The position numbers were made by a program, and so were the translations under genes. From contig OZ281497.1 in the NCBI GenBank assembly GCA_965637545.1, positions 21,452,001-21,516,000 on the forward strand: a stretch of 64,000 nt of DNA. Direction: 5' to 3'. Below the pieces are notes generated by a model, which was not told where the DNA came from, made no database searches, and worked only from the letters and a program-made list of their open reading frames with translations. Source of the stretch: Phallusia mammillata. Its lineage: Eukaryota. This document shows positions 63,683 to 64,000 of this stretch, one piece after another. Each line of letters starts with the position of its first letter. Position 1 is the stretch's first letter.

Positions 63683-64000
63683 ATGACAACTAGCATATTT
63701 GTTGCTGTTTTATTTGGTTTGTGTGTAACTGTTAATGCCACAGCAGCTTTTCACAGGACTCGTTCAACTCTTGATGACTTGTATAGTTATCCAAAGAACC
63801 AGAATAGTTTGTCAGGTATTCCTCCAAAATCAAACGGCTTTACTCCAGGTTCTGCAGCCCAACCATTTTCACTGTGGACTCTCCGAAATGGCATGGTAAC
63901 ATATCCAAGTAAGGATTTCCCAAAAGGTGTGCCAATTGGATTTCATGCATTTTCCAACAAGTCTGCATTTTTGGAGTGCATGTGGACCAATAGCAATTCT
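63683..64000 (+). CDS. 5' end of a secreted protein; tentatively like animal PA-domain/PNGase-F-C-terminal-domain proteins
   Basis: MTTSIFVAVLFGLCVTVNATAA signal peptide, open to the right edge; G.TPG.AA.PF.L.TL and FHAFSNKSAFLECMWT recall that family (from memory); splice acceptor at ~63652. Confidence 0.6.
   Translation, partial: MTTSIFVAVLFGLCVTVNATAAFHRTRSTLDDLYSYPKNQNSLSGIPPKSNGFTPGSAAQPFSLWTLRNGMVTYPSKDFPKGVPIGFHAFSNKSAFLECMWTNSNS

Overview
AT-rich, intron-containing animal genomic DNA. Short introns, compact spacing and abundant hAT MITEs fit an invertebrate chordate such as an ascidian; this is inference. From left to right: (1) the 5' part of a Buster-type hAT transposon whose transposase ORF is open to the left edge; (2) an ~18-kb array of seven intronless SLC49 (FLVCR/DIRC2-like) MFS transporter genes in mixed orientation (3 intact, 2 with one frameshift, 2 with deletions), built partly by inverted duplication; (3) a cluster of two complete and one degenerate type I membrane protein genes with C-type lectin + mucin stalk + TM + long tyrosine-motif-rich cytoplasmic tails, the two complete genes arranged head-to-head; (4) ANKRD13C and LENG1; (5) a 16-coding-exon RNF220 gene with nested transposons in one intron; (6) the start of a secreted protein at the right edge. 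Best candidates for undescribed biology are the lectin-mucin receptor cluster (4x YxxM tail versus acidic-Tyr/SH3-ligand tail) and the diversified SLC49 array with conserved C-terminal dileucine signals. Gene models were built by hand from splice signals and phase continuity; homologies are recognised from memory of family motifs, not from database searches.
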